A stretch of 64,000 nt of DNA from Lama glama (lineage: Eukaryota), in contig CM052816.1 of NCBI GenBank assembly GCA_028534125.1, positions 45,944,001 through 46,008,000 of the forward strand, written 5' to 3'. Below, in pieces: positions 13,901 through 27,885 of this stretch (position 1 is the first letter of the stretch; every line of letters begins with the position of its first letter). Position numbers and translations under genes: made by a program. The notes beneath the pieces are model-generated. The model searched no databases. It worked only from the letters and a program-made list of their open reading frames with translations, and had not been told where the DNA came from.

Positions 13901-15399
13901 TTATATTTATGAAAATGGGTCAGAGAGAAAATGTGTTATCATTAACTTACAACGTATAATTTCAAATGGAGTTTTTGATGAAAGGCATTTGAAGAGATTG
14001 TAACTCTTATAGCCAATTAATATCAGTATATTTGTAAGATTGCTTCTTATAACCCCACTCTCACTCCTCTGGAGTGCTAAAGATATCTGACCAATCACTA
14101 TTTTTGAATGTGTTTAGTGGAAACAACCCAACAGTGTCTGGGATATTACACAAGTTTTTCAGTGGAGAATTGGACATCTACAACAAGGCAAAAAACTGTA
14201 AAGCTGCCATAATTATTCAGAAAATTCCTGCACACTCCCAGGCAAATGGTTACTGGGATTTTCAAGTTGTTCTAGCACTTTTTTTAATGCCAGTTACCAG
14301 AATAATGACTTTCATTTGGATGTGTGTTTAGCTGAGATAGGCGTGGCCAATTTTTCAGTTGGTGGGTTTTGCAAACAAATTATTTCTTCAGTCTTGTTTA
14401 ATCTCTGTGGCCTTGCTATTATGATGATACTTATACAAATAAAAGCATTAAAATGATTCCTATGCATATCATTAAGTTGATTCCCCATTGTTTGTTAAAA
14501 AATGTTAAAACTATGAGATCCTTATGATGAGTCAAATCCAGAGGTTAACTAAGCAGATAGTAATTTAATCACCTCACTACAAGTGAGGTTAGTGGCAGAC
14601 ATGTGGCTAATATTCTACTCAAGATTTTAAATATTTATATTGCAACTCGTAAGTCTAAACACTGTTCATATCGTGTTACCCATGGAGGAGGCGGAGGAGG
14701 CAGAGTGAAGGTGATGTGGGGTGTGGGAAGGATGAAGAGCTGGGGTAGGGGAAGCCACCTCTCTACTGGGCATCTAGGTATTTTGTAAACTGCAAAGATA
14801 GGGAGCTTTGTTTTTAATATTTGGCTGGGATACAGAAATTTAACTTACAGCATTGTGTTTTCTTTTATTTGGACAGTTTGTCTAAATTTGGTTTATTCAG
14901 TATAGTCCTGGACTATTTCTTCTTTTTTAACTAGATGAAATAATTACAGTCTTTTTTCCTCCTGAACAATAACAAACCAAGCAGACCTGAAAGAGATGTT
15001 TTTCTGTTTATTTCTTTGGTGCATTTCTGAAATACACGAAACCAACTGCTGCTCTCTTCTGCTGGTAGCAAATATTTATAATCTTATCAAAAGAGTTACC
15101 GAAGTTTGATTTGCTTTCCATTTCACAGTAGAGTTTGAAGAAAAAATATGCCTGAAGTCCACTAATCAGTGTTGCTGTGTGGTCTGTAATCCTGCTCATT
15201 ATGGCAGATGATGGGGTGGAGTTTGCCCCATTGCTAACGGATGCAGCACACACCCTAGTAAAACACCACTTCTCTCTGCATACATATTGGGGGCACCTCT
15301 CTCAACTTACCTAAAACTACACTCACCTTGCCCTCCCAAACTGTGTTTTAAGATGCTTTATTTCTGTTAATTTTGCCTCTATAACTCCCAGATACTGAA

Positions 15400-16085
15400 G
15401 CTTAAAACTAGTATCTTACTGCAACCCTTAACCTTTTGTGCTTTTCATGCAGTTATTAGTCTTCCACTATGATGCACTCTTCCCCCCGATTTTCCTTATT
15501 CCAGTCTTTCATATGCCTCTGATAGATTGATCTTCCTAAAACATGCAGTTATCAAAGCTTTATATCATCCACCTCTCTACTATATTAATAAGAAGCCTCA
15601 CCCTGGTCTTAAAGACCTCACCATATGTTCCTGCTTTCACCTCTCTAATCCCTAAAGAATTTTTCCCTCAAGGAAACTTAGTCTACACTCCTTTCCTTTA
15701 GGAGTTTACGTATTTAGATTTTCATATTCTTGTGACAGCTTATATCATCCCCATCTCCCTGAGTATGCTGTAATTAATAAATTAAAATCTTAGATTTTTC
15801 AAGTGGAAACACCACCTTCTTCATGAAGCACTCTGTGATTACGCACAAATCACTTCCAACCCTTTAAGCTTATAGTATGTATTTGCCACATGCATGCAAC
15901 CTTGGATTGCCTATATTTGTGTGTTGGTAGATACCTACTTAATCCAAGAATAGAACATATAGTTGACCGTCAACAGTGTTAATTTCTTTCCACTTAAAGA
16001 TCTAGTATTATTAATGTGTAATATCTCAAAATTCTCTATAGTGCTCATACTAAGTGCTCAGTAAATATTTGTCAAATAGATGAAG
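15400..16085 (+). mobile_element. L2 3' fragment
   Basis: Pyrimidine-rich L2 body ending in 'taagtgctcagtaaatatttgtcaaatagatgaa'. Confidence 0.6.
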
Positions 16086-17344
16086 TTACTATTTGGAACC
16101 TATTTAATTTGGTGCAAAAAGTGGATGTATTCCATGAACTAAAACGTTCCCATGAAATATGTACGATATTTCTGTATTAACTTCTGAAACCCCTGTATTC
16201 ACAGTATGTGAACATAACCCTTTGCCTAAAAATGTTATTTTGAGCATGAAGTCTGGAGATTTCATGAGATCCAAAAAGGCTTTCTGAAGAGCATTCTATG
16301 AAGCCCCTGCAAAAGTTATCCCAGCAAAATTTCTCACATCAATTAAATATGCCAAAGATGGCTTACATGGAGATTAACCTCTGGGTTTAAGGGTAAATTG
16401 GCTTCCTCCTTTTATTTAAAATAAGCTATTTCTCACTGGATTAGAAAGCCAAATAGGGTAAAAAAAAAATTGAATTCACTAGAGGCTGTGTAAAGAAAGG
16501 TATATGGAAGCAGCGTTATTCTCTAAAGGCTTAAATTTGATCCAATGATAGACAGTCACTTTAAAAAAAAAGTAAAATGAATGTTTGGAAGAGAAATAAA
16601 GGATAGGGATAAAATCTCAAGCGTGGAGAATAAATAATGATGATTTTATGACAAATGTTTATCTTATTTATGTTTACAATTCATTACTGTTTGCATTTGT
16701 GTTCTGTTTTAAAAATATTTTTTATCCAGCAAGTAAGTACTCAGTGCTGAAGGTGAGAAGGTGTTTAACAGCAGTTACTTTGTTAGTTGTCAATCAGTTT
16801 GAAGCTTTTTTTTTTTTTTTTAAATCATGTTCTGTGCTTGTTGATAACAGCTTCTCTTCAGAAGCTTGATTGAGCAGACACAGTTCAGGAAGATGAAGTC
16901 TTTGGAATTTCTGTTCTGGGTCATTTAGTTATGCCTCTGGACCTGAAGATCAGTGTCTCTGAGGCTGGTGCTCTGCTTAGAATTCCTTGGAACCTGTGCT
17001 ATTCCAGTGCTGCTTCAACAGCCCCATCAGGCAGAGACTCAGGGATAGATGCCAGCAAAGGGTCCAGGTTTAAAATCCTTCTGTTCCAGCTTCCATGGAT
17101 CTGTGGGTAGTTATCTTATTATGCAAGAGAATTTGGCAGTTTAGTAACTTATCTTCTTTTTAAAAATCTTACCTATCCTGGTTTTCTAGTAATTCCACTT
17201 CTCTAGCTCTCCAGCCTGAGAGATTAGTCCTCCTCCATGCTCTAGTTTCTTCTCACATCCATGAAATTACTTCTGTCTACTCCTCCCCTTTGAGAAATCT
17301 CACATCTTCTCGTGATTCCTCAGTGTGTGTCTTTACCTTTGATT

Positions 17345-17590
17345 CCATTCCTAAGAAACCACACAGCTGGTAATTGGTGAAACTGGGATTTGAACCCATG
17401 GCTGCAGATCCTAAAGCATAAGCTTTAATCATTCTTTGCTCAAAACTAACTTTGCAGCTTAGGCACAATCATCATTGATGACAGTTAGTCAGTACCCAAT
17501 ATGTACCATGCACTGGGTTTAGATCCTTCATGTATGTTACGCTAAATTTCAAGATAGTTATTCCATTTCACAGATGAAGTTTTATGCTGT
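17345..17590 (-). mobile_element. MIR fragments (two adjacent pieces)
   Basis: 'cacacagctggtaattggtgaaactgggatttgaaccca' and 'ttccatttcacagatgaag' resemble antisense MIR. Confidence 0.6.
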
Positions 17591-19263
17591 GGGAATGGCC
17601 CAAATAGGAGCATAAGGATTACTTGTTTGCATTTTTGCATATAGGGTATTATCTTTACTCTGATGCAGTAAGATTTCAAAGGGAGGCATAATTTTGCAGC
17701 ACGTTTATATATTGCTGTCTTCCTTTTTAAGTTCCTTTGAAGTAAATCACACAAACACAAATTTCTACATTACTAGAGCAGGTAACATACATGAGTGGAT
17801 CAGAATTTAGGATGACTAGTAGTAAAGAGATGTGTGGAAAATTGAAAGTTTATGTCTCACATAAAATTATTCAGTTTTAATTTGAAAATGATACTGTGCA
17901 GATAAGCATGTACGCGCGTGTGTGCATGTGCACACACAAGCACAGAGAGGTTACCAGTTGGCAGCCCTTTGAATTACTACTTCTTTTCTTTCTTAAGCAG
18001 AAGTTATTACATAGAATAGATAGATCCAAAAATACATGATTCCACTTTGAAGGTGAATGTGAAGTAATTGTCTTGCATGTATTCATTTTGCACTCTCAAG
18101 ACTGGTCTGATGAACGCATGGTGATCACTTTTAAGGAGCTACTGGTTTGGTTGAATTGTTTCACTTAGGCCTTAATGATGCACATGTGCTTTAGTGGGTT
18201 CTCAAAGAAGAAAACAGATTATGACTTCCCGTCTTCTTTTATCAGGTGATTATAATTCATGGTTTGAGAGTGCAATGGTAACTTCTCCGTGGGAGGACTG
18301 TCCAAGCCGAAAGCATGGTGCTCACTGCTGCGTGGAGAGTTGGCAGACCCGCACAGTGGGTTCTGGCCCTCACGGGGGAAGCCTAGGCGCCTCCCTTGCC
18401 ACTTGGTTTTTTAATGTGGGCAGATGGGACTGCATTGTTTCAAAGTTTCAGTCTGGAAAAATTCAGACACTAAGGGTTAATCTACATTTTAAAATAGCTG
18501 TCTTAGGAGGAAATTATGCTATAAATGAAAAACCTGTGTGGAGTTCTGGGTTCTCTCTTTATGTTAGCTTTGGCAAGTCCAGGAGTCTGTTTTGATGATA
18601 AAGCCAGCATTTGAAACCTGGATTTTATATTGCAGGAAAACTAAGCAAATTTAAAATGCTCTGCATTTGCCTTTTGACACCCCATAACCAATAGATGAAC
18701 TTTAATTTCTGGGAGGCCTCCCAGTGATTAATGCCTTTCCATTTATGACGTGAGAAGAATGAGCCGTATGTTACAGTTGGTCTTCTGTCCGTTTCTGAAG
18801 AGCACCCGTGCCAGGATTTTGATGTGCACTCGCTTTCTGGCACCAAGCTTCACACTTCTCACCCAGCACAGAGCCAGCTCACAGATCCTGTTGGGTACAG
18901 CGACTCCAGACACACAGCCTGAATTTGAAGGCGGCCTCCTAAAATGTGGCAGGCACAGTCTCCCTCTTCCTATTTGGAGCCCATCATGTGGGGCTAGGAC
19001 CTCTCTCAGTTGCCTGCAAAATAGCTTTGGGAGAGTTGCATTTGTTAGCTCTTCACTGAAGCAATCTCCATGAAGGTGAGGCTTGTGCTACATAGCTGTT
19101 TCATAAAGGTTTTCTGTTGTCTGTACTTACTGTTACATTTTCATATTCCCTTAGAAATCACACACACTATACTTTTAGAGGGGGAGGTATTGGAGTAAAT
19201 ACCTTTAGGGACTTCCTTGATACCTAAATCCTCATGGGAGAGGAATGACATTCATTAAGCCAC

Positions 19264-19645
19264 TGTGGTAGCTGTTAATGCTGTCCATCAAGTATCGTTG
19301 ATTCTTTTCTCTTTAAAGTACATGATAAAATACCATTTTTTCCCTCCTCTGTGCCCATGCAACTTGCTTTGATCAATAAAAATTGAGCAGAAGTCACATG
19401 TGTTACTCTATACTGTAAATGTTAAAAGCTGGCATGTGATTCACCACTTCCTCCTCTTGCTGCTTCAGTGATTGAAGAAGCCCAGGCCCAGAACCATCCG
19501 TCTGGTTCCCTGAGTAACTGTGATGAAAAGAGAACCCCAGATCACTAATGTTCAGCTTGTGGCTTAAGCAATATGTTGGAATGTTAATCGCTGAGATTTC
19601 AGAGTTTCTTGTTACTGCATCATAACCTAGCTCATGCTGATGTAG
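19264..19645 (+). mobile_element. MaLR solo LTR (MLT1J/K-like)
   Basis: Starts 'tgtggtag'; internal 'acttgctttgatcaataaaaattgagcagaagtcacatgtg'; end 'ttgttactgcatcataacctagc'. Confidence 0.8.
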
Positions 19646-20144
19646 AGGCTTTGTTAACTGGAGAGTAGAACCATGGCATCGAAGCTTTAACAATGCAGAG
19701 CCAAGTCCACTTCTTTCCTAAATTGCTTTCTCTTTTAAGGTATCAATTAAACAAGTGAGTTTCCTTTATTTGGAAAAAGAGACAGACAGGGTGTGCTTTA
19801 GCAGGTCCACCATCTTCCAGCTGTTCTCCTTGTGACAGGCTAGAGATACCAAAGTTTAAATCAAGAAAGGAGATAGGAGAACCTACGTTTTCCAAGTAAC
19901 TTCATCATTAATAATTTTACTGTATTTTGATCCCACTTACTTCTTGTCTATTTCTTCTCACATTGGTTAGGAAACAGGCATAAGGAGAAGTGATGATGGC
20001 TATTTCCCCAAATTTCCAATACTTACAGACATTAAGTATTTGTATAGCATACCACTTAGTCATATCTGGCTGAAAGATGTAAGCATACTATTTTTGTTGT
20101 TTCTTAAAAGTCCTGAAAACAGTAGCAGCCTAATGGTTCATAGG

Positions 20145-20818
20145 TGTGGTAGGCAGGGGTCTAACATGCTCCCTAAGTTTCTAAGCTTCTGGTGTACATA
20201 TCCTTAATCCCTTTCCCTTTGTGTTTGAATGTAAATGCCTTTTATGTATAAATGAAATACACTCCCATGGTTAGGCTATGTTATAAGACAAAGGTTGGAG
20301 AGAATTTGCCAATGCAGTTGAGATTCCTAATTGGTTGAGTTTGAACTAATCAAAAGGGGGTTTATCCTGGTTAAGCCTAACTTTGTTAGGTGAGATTTTT
20401 CAACAGAGTCTGTAGTTCACAGCTAAAAGAAGTCAGAGTCATTTTCCTCCTGGAACTGAAGGAGGAAATGGCCACGTTGTGAGCAGCCCATGGAGGAGGC
20501 CGCATGGCAGGGACCTGAGACTGGCTGCTCAGGGTGGTTCCTGGCTGACATCTAACAAGAAAATGGGGACCTCAGTCAGAAACAAGTTCTGCCAACAACC
20601 TGAGAGAGCTTGGAAGCAGATCTTTCCCTAACTGATTTTCCAGATGAGAACACAGTCATCCAGCATCTTGATTTAAGCCTTGTGGGACCACAGGTAAAGG
20701 ATCCAGCTAAAATATGCTGGACTCCTGACCCACAGAAACTGCTAGATAATAAATTTATTATTAGTTTAATCTACTGAATTTGTGGCAATTTATTATGCAG
20801 CAATAGAACACTAATACA
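20145..20818 (+). mobile_element. MaLR solo LTR (MLT1E-like)
   Basis: TGTGGTAGGCAG start, 'tgcagcaatagaacactaataca' end, internal 'ctgccaacaacctgagagagcttggaagcagatc'; ~675 bp. Confidence 0.88.
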
Positions 20819-22336
20819 GAAAGAATTCAAACTGACAGTTTTTTTCTTGAAGTATCAGGGTGTTTTAATAAACATCTAAGCTTGTCCTGCTAACCCCTTA
20901 GCTTTCTGAAATCACTTTTAACTCCCATATGGAAAGATAAGATCGGAAGAGGTTCTCACAGTCGTTAGCTATGGCCCTTGACATCCTCGTCCTCAGCCTG
21001 TCCCCAGTCCATCCACTGCAAGCAGCCATGAGAGAGCTTCCTGGTTTCTAGGACTCTTGGATACACATGCCTACCTTCTCCACACTGGGTGTACTCTGGT
21101 CCTTAGACAGAGTCATTCTGTAGTAGTCATAAGAACCTGGGAAAGCACCAGGGTGATTGTGGGATACCAGGGAGTCTATGGTATATCTCTAAAACCAAGT
21201 GTTGGGCCCCTTTTGAGCACATTCTGGAAGGGAACTATGATGATGTAGAAACATCCGTTTGACTGGTTAGAAACATCCTCACTTGGTCATTTTAGGTAGA
21301 TTTTAACATTAGAATGTGTGCTTCCATAACATGCAGCACAAGCAGACAGAACTGAGCCTCTTTGCAGACAGGGAGAGACTTCTGCTTGCTTGTTTGGCTC
21401 ATTTTGGCATTTTTTGAAGTTGATAACCAGAGAGGAAGGAACCAGTTTATTAAGGCACTCTTTAAAGTAAGTACCTTTTCTTTATTTATGTCAGGTGTTT
21501 GACTTGTTACATTTTATGTAAAGTGATTTTAATAAAATAAGATAGAAGCAAACAAAAAGGTAATCTGTGACTTGTAAGGATTTTTAGGTTGGTTATATAA
21601 AAGAATAGGAAGGCACCAAGAGATTTAGTTTGCTTTTCAGGTAAAACTGCCAGTTTGTCAGTCCTGGAGGAGAGGGTTTTGTGGAGAAAGAGAGAGAAAA
21701 GAAAGCTGTTAGATATCTGGAATGCATTATCCTTTTAACTGAGAACAAGGAGGCATGTTTAACAAATCTCCATTTGAGTAGTAGGGCGGGGACTTTTGAG
21801 CCTAGGGATCTATGTGTACTTCTTTTCTAACCACATTCACCATTCTTGTATCTTTTCCCCATTAACAGCAGGGATCTGTAACTGAAAATTCCACTCCTGA
21901 AGGGCTGCCAACCAGCTACGATAGATGGAAAATGCTTTCTCCCAAAGACATATAGTTCCCATTGGGGTTTATACCACTCTATAACCTACCTGAGTTGTAA
22001 ACCAAGTGAGAGATACACAAACAAGTTAGGCAACTGGAAATAAAATTATCCATTTTAATACTAATAGTACTATTGGAAAACAAGATTTAGACATATGACT
22101 ACTATGTACCCCAGAATTTGGCATATCCATCCATCTAGTCAGAGACAGCCTGGCAAACCATAACCTTGCCCACAAGAAATGTTTCTTTACCACTAAGCTT
22201 CCTATAAGTGGAGAACTGACCCAACCACATGCTCTCTGAAAGGAAGCTGATCCCAAGAGAGGAGGAGAGGGAAAGGGTTAAGTTATTCATATATGGTTCC
22301 TTTTTCCAAGTTTGCTAATTTCCACAACTTTACTTC

Positions 22337-22513
22337 CACAACTGGCTATGTAATTTGTGGGGTCCAGTGTAAAATGAAAATGCAGGACCCCTTCTTTAAA
22401 AATTTTTAAGAAATTCAAGATGGTGACAGTAGAACATTGACTTAAACTTGAGTCCTTCTGAGTGTGGAACCTTGTACAATTGTGCAAGTCACGTATCTAT
22501 GAAGCCAGTCCTG
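22337..22513 (+). mobile_element. MER45A-like hAT-Tip100 MITE
   Basis: 'ctggctatgtaatttgtggggtccagtgtaaaatgaaaatgcaggacccc...atgaagccagtcctg'; 8-bp flanks tttacttc / ttcagttc (6/8) fit a decayed hAT TSD. Confidence 0.85.
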
Positions 22514-24473
22514 TTCAGTTCTTACCTGGGAGGATTGAGTGAGGAAGTAAAGGGAATACAAGAATGTTATTCATGTCCATCTACATGGACACACAAATCA
22601 AATATAAAAGAGGTTCCTCAAACAATGACATTCCCAAGCCTTCTTTTCTCTTATACCTTAGGCTTCACTGCCACATCTGTGGTCCACTAGGGGAGTGGAT
22701 ATACCCATCAGGCTAGGAGAACAGCAGTGTCATCAGGGAGATCTTGCTATCATAGCCATGAGCCTGCTATTCTAGTACCACCCACTGTTGTTTTATTGAT
22801 CCTTCATTATACAGTGAAGAATTTACTTAAGAAGCCTTTGAAATAAGTCAGAATCATACAACATAAAATCAACTCCAAGCCTACTTGGTACCCAAGCCTA
22901 AAATTTTGCTTTTTATGTATCTGAAATTAACTAGACGGATTCTCCAAGAAAAGTAAACTGGCTTCATCAGTTTTGTAATTCTGAGAAGAAATTTATTTCA
23001 CGTTTTAGGAAAGAAAACATAGTCTTATAACAGCATTCCAGAGATAATTTTAAATAAAATATGTGATAAATTTACCATAGAGAAAACTGAATAGCATTGG
23101 ACATTGGAAAGTATCAACATCAGATTATTTTATACTTGGGATTGTAATTTTGACCACATGACAAAAGACTGAGTACTCCATCCACCTGTCATCATCAGGG
23201 AGTAAACAAAAGGAACATGAACCTAAAGGAAGGATGGTCTTCTGTTTAATTAGGGATGAGTCAGAGGAGCCATTGAGAGGCTGTGAGTCACTCTGAGAAT
23301 GATCTCTTCTTAAAGGGTCAAGGCATTGCTAGTGGTGACAGGGGTTCCATATTCCATCCCTCCTTCCCTGAGCAGTGTGGAGCAAGATGGAGACACAACA
23401 TAGCTTCTGTGACAGTGGAAGAGTGACAGTACCAAGGGCTACTTTTGAGGTATGACAAAGGAGAGTCTTGTCCTTCAGCTCCAGTGCTGGCTGTGGGAGA
23501 AAATGGAGACCTGTCCAAAGATTATTGAGTTTCAGTGATGGCAAAAGATGGTAGAAACACGTCTTCAACATATCAGTTGGGAAATCTTCCTTACTCAAGG
23601 TGTGAAGTCTGAATTTTACCATTAGTAGTATGGTTGAAACCAGTATAATGGATTACTTAGACCAGAGTAAAAACAGCGGTTATTTTAAAATTTATCACTG
23701 AAGAGACCTCTAGGTGAGAATGATATTCTTCTTATAGATAAAATGTGAACTCAATTACATTACATATTAAATAATATGTTTATTAGTTACAAACAGAATA
23801 CATTCTTGAGGTCTAATAATGAAAGCCTTTTTCATCAATTTATGCTTATTCACTTTAGTGTTGTCTTCTTTCTGACAATGTATTGTTAGTTGTGTTTCAG
23901 GCATTTCTGTCCTTGCCCTTAATATGTATTTTTGCTCTGGGGAAGCGAATGAATATTGTTTCATCTCACCTTCATTGCACCCTCCTGAATCTTCCGTGGC
24001 AGGGCTGAGTCCCAAAGAGCCTGGGTCATAAAGAGAGGGTCAGGGCTGCAGTGATTTCTCATGTCTAATGCTCTGTCCTTGAGGCAGGAGAAATGTGTTC
24101 AGTTGGGAGAGTGAATCAATTCATGATGAATTCAGCAGCCTCTGCCCTTGACTCTATAGTTGGCATTATCCAGGGCAGTCTTAGGATGGCTAATGGTCAT
24201 AGTGGTGAAGGGGTAAATAGGGGTAACTCTTGTCCTCTGAGTCTTCAGAAGATAACCTGTGGTATACAAGATAAAATGTAGCTGATAATGATTTTTCTTA
24301 TTCTAAAAAATAATTCTTTTTCTCTAAGAAAGAAGAAAATCAATGTAAGGGAAATGCTACTGTTCATGAACTGTTAAGACCTTCCTGCCCTTGTATATTC
24401 AGATCAGTTGATGATATCTACAGTTTTCTTGATAAATTCTTACTAGTTTTATAGCACTGGAGATAACCATATA

Positions 24474-24690
24474 CAGTTGACCCTTGAACAACACAGGTTT
24501 GAACTGCATGGATCTACTTACAACATGAATTTTTTTTCAATAGCAAATATAGTACTACATGATTTGTAGTTGGTTGAATCCACAGATGTGGGACCACAGA
24601 TATGGAGGTTCTGACTGCAGTGTTATATGCAGATGTTCACCTGTGCAGAGGAGCAGTACTCCAACCTCTGAGTTGTTCAGGTGTCAGCTA
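24474..24690 (+). mobile_element. Tigger2-family MITE (MER8/Tigger2a-like)
   Basis: TA followed by TIR 'cagttgacccttgaacaac'; degenerate inverted copy 'gttgttcaggtgtcagcta' at the right end. Confidence 0.88.
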
Positions 24691-26342
24691 TGCATTCTGA
24701 ACCAAGTCCATGTAGTTTTAAGCAGATTTCATATGTGACCATGGAACAATACAGCAGTTGAAAATTTTTCACATATAGAATTTCCTGTAAAGGATTGTAG
24801 AATTCAAAAGTCTTTCCATCTTTGAAATTGCTTCTTCATATTTTCTCATTTTCTGTAGAGAGATACAACAAAAAGCCCTGGAAAATGTAAATGTAGCAAC
24901 AAGAGATAAAACTAGAAAATTGCTGTATATTTATGATACTGTACTATCAAAAGAAACAAACTCATCACCAAACCATGTTTAAGTGAAAATTTTCCTTACA
25001 CAAGGATATAAACATTTTTATCCTTCATTGCTCTTCTTTCTTGGTATATGCCTTTCATACATGGTCATTAAACCCAACAACTCTTCTGGCATCACTCCTC
25101 TCTTTTTCATTTCCCTATGACCGTTCAAAGCTAAGCCCTCATAACCTCATATGTGCCCTCTTATATTAGTCTCCTAACAAAGCTTGAGACTGAAGTGCTT
25201 CAGCCCAGGATTCCACTTTCAGTTTAGACTGGTGACACAGGGACTTTTGCTTTGTAGTGGGCTCTGAGGTCACTGACCCAGGCATCCATTAGACTTCCCT
25301 TTTTTGGTATTTGTCAATATACAATATAGCATATGGTTTCTTCTCTTCCAGACCTTGCTGTTCAGCAGCCCCTTTTTGGAAGCCCCTGTATCATAAGCAT
25401 ATTAGTCCTTTTGGTTTTGACTGTGTGGTCATAGATATGTCCATAGATAGGTAATGTGTACATAGAAGCAAGAAATAAGAAAGATATAAAGAACTTACGT
25501 GTTTCTGAATGCCATCTGAGATGGTAACTGAAAAATATATTTGACTTTCTTCCTTTGCATGCATTTCAGAGGATCAGGTTCACCAAGTCTACCTCCATTT
25601 CCAGATTCCACCTTGACAAACCCAGTTTAAAGTTAGCCTCACATCTCAGCTGGATGAGGTAATTTAGGAAGAATTACAAATACTCCCTGGACCTTTACTG
25701 AGCCCATGATATCTCTGAGAACATCCAAACTAGGTGAAACCCAGATCCCTTTGTAGTTGTCCCAATTAAATTCTCTCAGGATTTTCTTACCTCTTACATT
25801 GTATTTTAATCTTAGTTCTCACTCCTCCTCTAAATTGGTGGATTTCAATCCATGCTCCTTACAGCTCTGTGGGGTCGATGATCCCTTAGCTCTATGGAAG
25901 TGGAGGAAAAAGTGAAGTGGTACTGAAGCAATATAAGTATTATGGAGTTGTCTCATTCACCTTTCAGCCAAAGTATCTGTGTTTTTTGGTCTTTTTTTTT
26001 CATTTTTTTTTGTTTGTTCTACATATTGGACTTGAACAAAGGGATTTGGTTCTTGCCATTTCCTCAAGCAGTCATCCAAATCTTTTCATCTTTCTACATC
26101 AAAATTTCTCAGGAAAAGGTATTTCTACTATCCTACTAAAATCGTCCACCTGAAGGTCACAAATGTCACTTTGTTTTACGGTTAACTTTTGCTTTTATCT
26201 TTCGCACCTTCCCGTGACATGAATGGCTATTCTCCCCCGAATCATGACTCTCCCTCTCACCATTTCCAGGATACAGCCTTATCTCTCTGACAGTTTTTAC
26301 TCCACTTTTTTCTTATCTTACCCCCCCCCCCACATGGCATCT

Positions 26343-26671
26343 ATCTTAGGTCATGTTCCCTAGAAGCTGAATCTGAGGTGGGAATTATTGGTCAAGTGAT
26401 TTATTGGAAATGCTCTTAGGAGAAAGGGCATGAGGGAAGTAGGATGGGGCAGAGGGGAAAAAAACTAAGCAAGAATATGGCTTCCTTGAGACCAACTTCA
26501 GTCTCATCCTATGGAAGCTCCGGAGCACAGATTGTACCACTGTGATTTCTCTTTAAGGGAAATGGCTAGACTTTTATACCCAAGTTTTTAGCCCATAATC
26601 ACAGCAACAGGAAAATGGATGCTCCAGCTATTGAAGGGGATCTGCACAAGGCCTTATCAGCATCCACTACA
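26343..26671 (-). mobile_element. ERVL solo LTR (LTR16-like)
   Basis: Antisense LTR16-type ends: 'tatcttaggtcatgttccctagaagctgaatctgagg...tttattgg' and 'cagcatccactaca'. Confidence 0.75.
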
Positions 26672-26719
26672 TCATCTTTTCCTATGTCTTCTTTCCTCTT
26701 GATAGCTCTCCCTTAAAGT

Positions 26720-27110
26720 AATGTATTGCACATTCTATGTATACATGTCATGTTTGCCACATCCATATCACCAACATCTCCTCCCAATTGCAGATCTTTG
26801 TTTCTTAATTCACTGTGCATTGGATGTCCTACAAAATTCACATTTTCAAAGGCAAAATAAGTACTCATATTTTATCTTCCCAAACTGACTTTTCTATATT
26901 TGTAAATGATATTGTTATTCTTTAATATTAGGGCTCAAAAGATTTTAAAGTGGCTCTTATACTTTCTCTCTCTGCCATCAAATTCTGTTATGCCTTCTTG
27001 TTCTTTATTCCCCGCTCTTAATTCCTTGCAAACCACCAATGAGTCTACTACGTTGACAATTTTAGTCTTTGTTCAAGACATTTTCTTCATCTTTAAAGCT
27101 TTTCTACCCA
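26720..27110 (+). mobile_element. L2 fragment
   Basis: L2-body motifs such as 'ttggatgtcctacaaaattcacattttcaaaggcaaaataagtactcat'. Confidence 0.45.
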
Positions 27111-27885
27111 TTTGCACTTGGAAGAATTAATGAAGAAATGAGGGACTGAATAATGCTGAGCTTCCCTTCTCTGTTCTATTGCTTTCACATTTATCTCTCT
27201 TTTCTTTGATCATACTTTTGCCGTGCTAACTTCTCAACTTCTTGCTTCAGGCTAGTTCTTTGTACCTTTCTAACTAGATAATCACACAAAGTCATCCCTA
27301 TGAATATACTTAATAATAGGAACAAAAAAAGCACATTAACATTTTGAAGACAATATTATGACTTTTTTTCATCCTAAACTATTGACTTGAATTAAGAAAA
27401 TATGATCCACAGAATATCAGTAAAGGAGATAATGAGGAGTAAATTCTGTGGCATGTCTAAATTCACCATGAGTTCTCACAAAGCTGGCCCTCCTATGTTG
27501 TATTCTTACTATGCAGGATTATCACATTCTGCCTGGCCAACAGTTTCCAGAGATCTGTAAATGTAGCAATAATAATGACTATAATTTCTTAAAATGGAGA
27601 CAGCTCTATATTCTTGGGTGAATCTTACATTGTGTATTTACTTATAATCAGAGTGTATATTTTATGCTAAGAATATTCTGTCAGCTTCCTTCTTGTTAAA
27701 GTCTCTGTCCACAGGCCAGCCCTGCACTGTACAGGGAGAAGATTTAATCAATTCATTGTAATAATTATATATCTCACAGCTGAAAAAGGGAATTAAGATT
27801 TAGATATGAATGCTTGATTAGCTCCAAAATTGACAAAGCACAGTTTCAGAGGGGAATGACAGTGGGCAAATTTAGTAATCTCTTT

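Noticed and set aside
14700..14752. G-rich tract as a G-quadruplex
   Set aside because: Needs a 14-nt loop; weak support.
18194..19073. Two 107-133 aa ORFs in the GC-richer segment as coding exons
   Set aside because: GTG starts, no recognisable homology and no convincing splice-site pair; higher GC lengthens chance ORFs.
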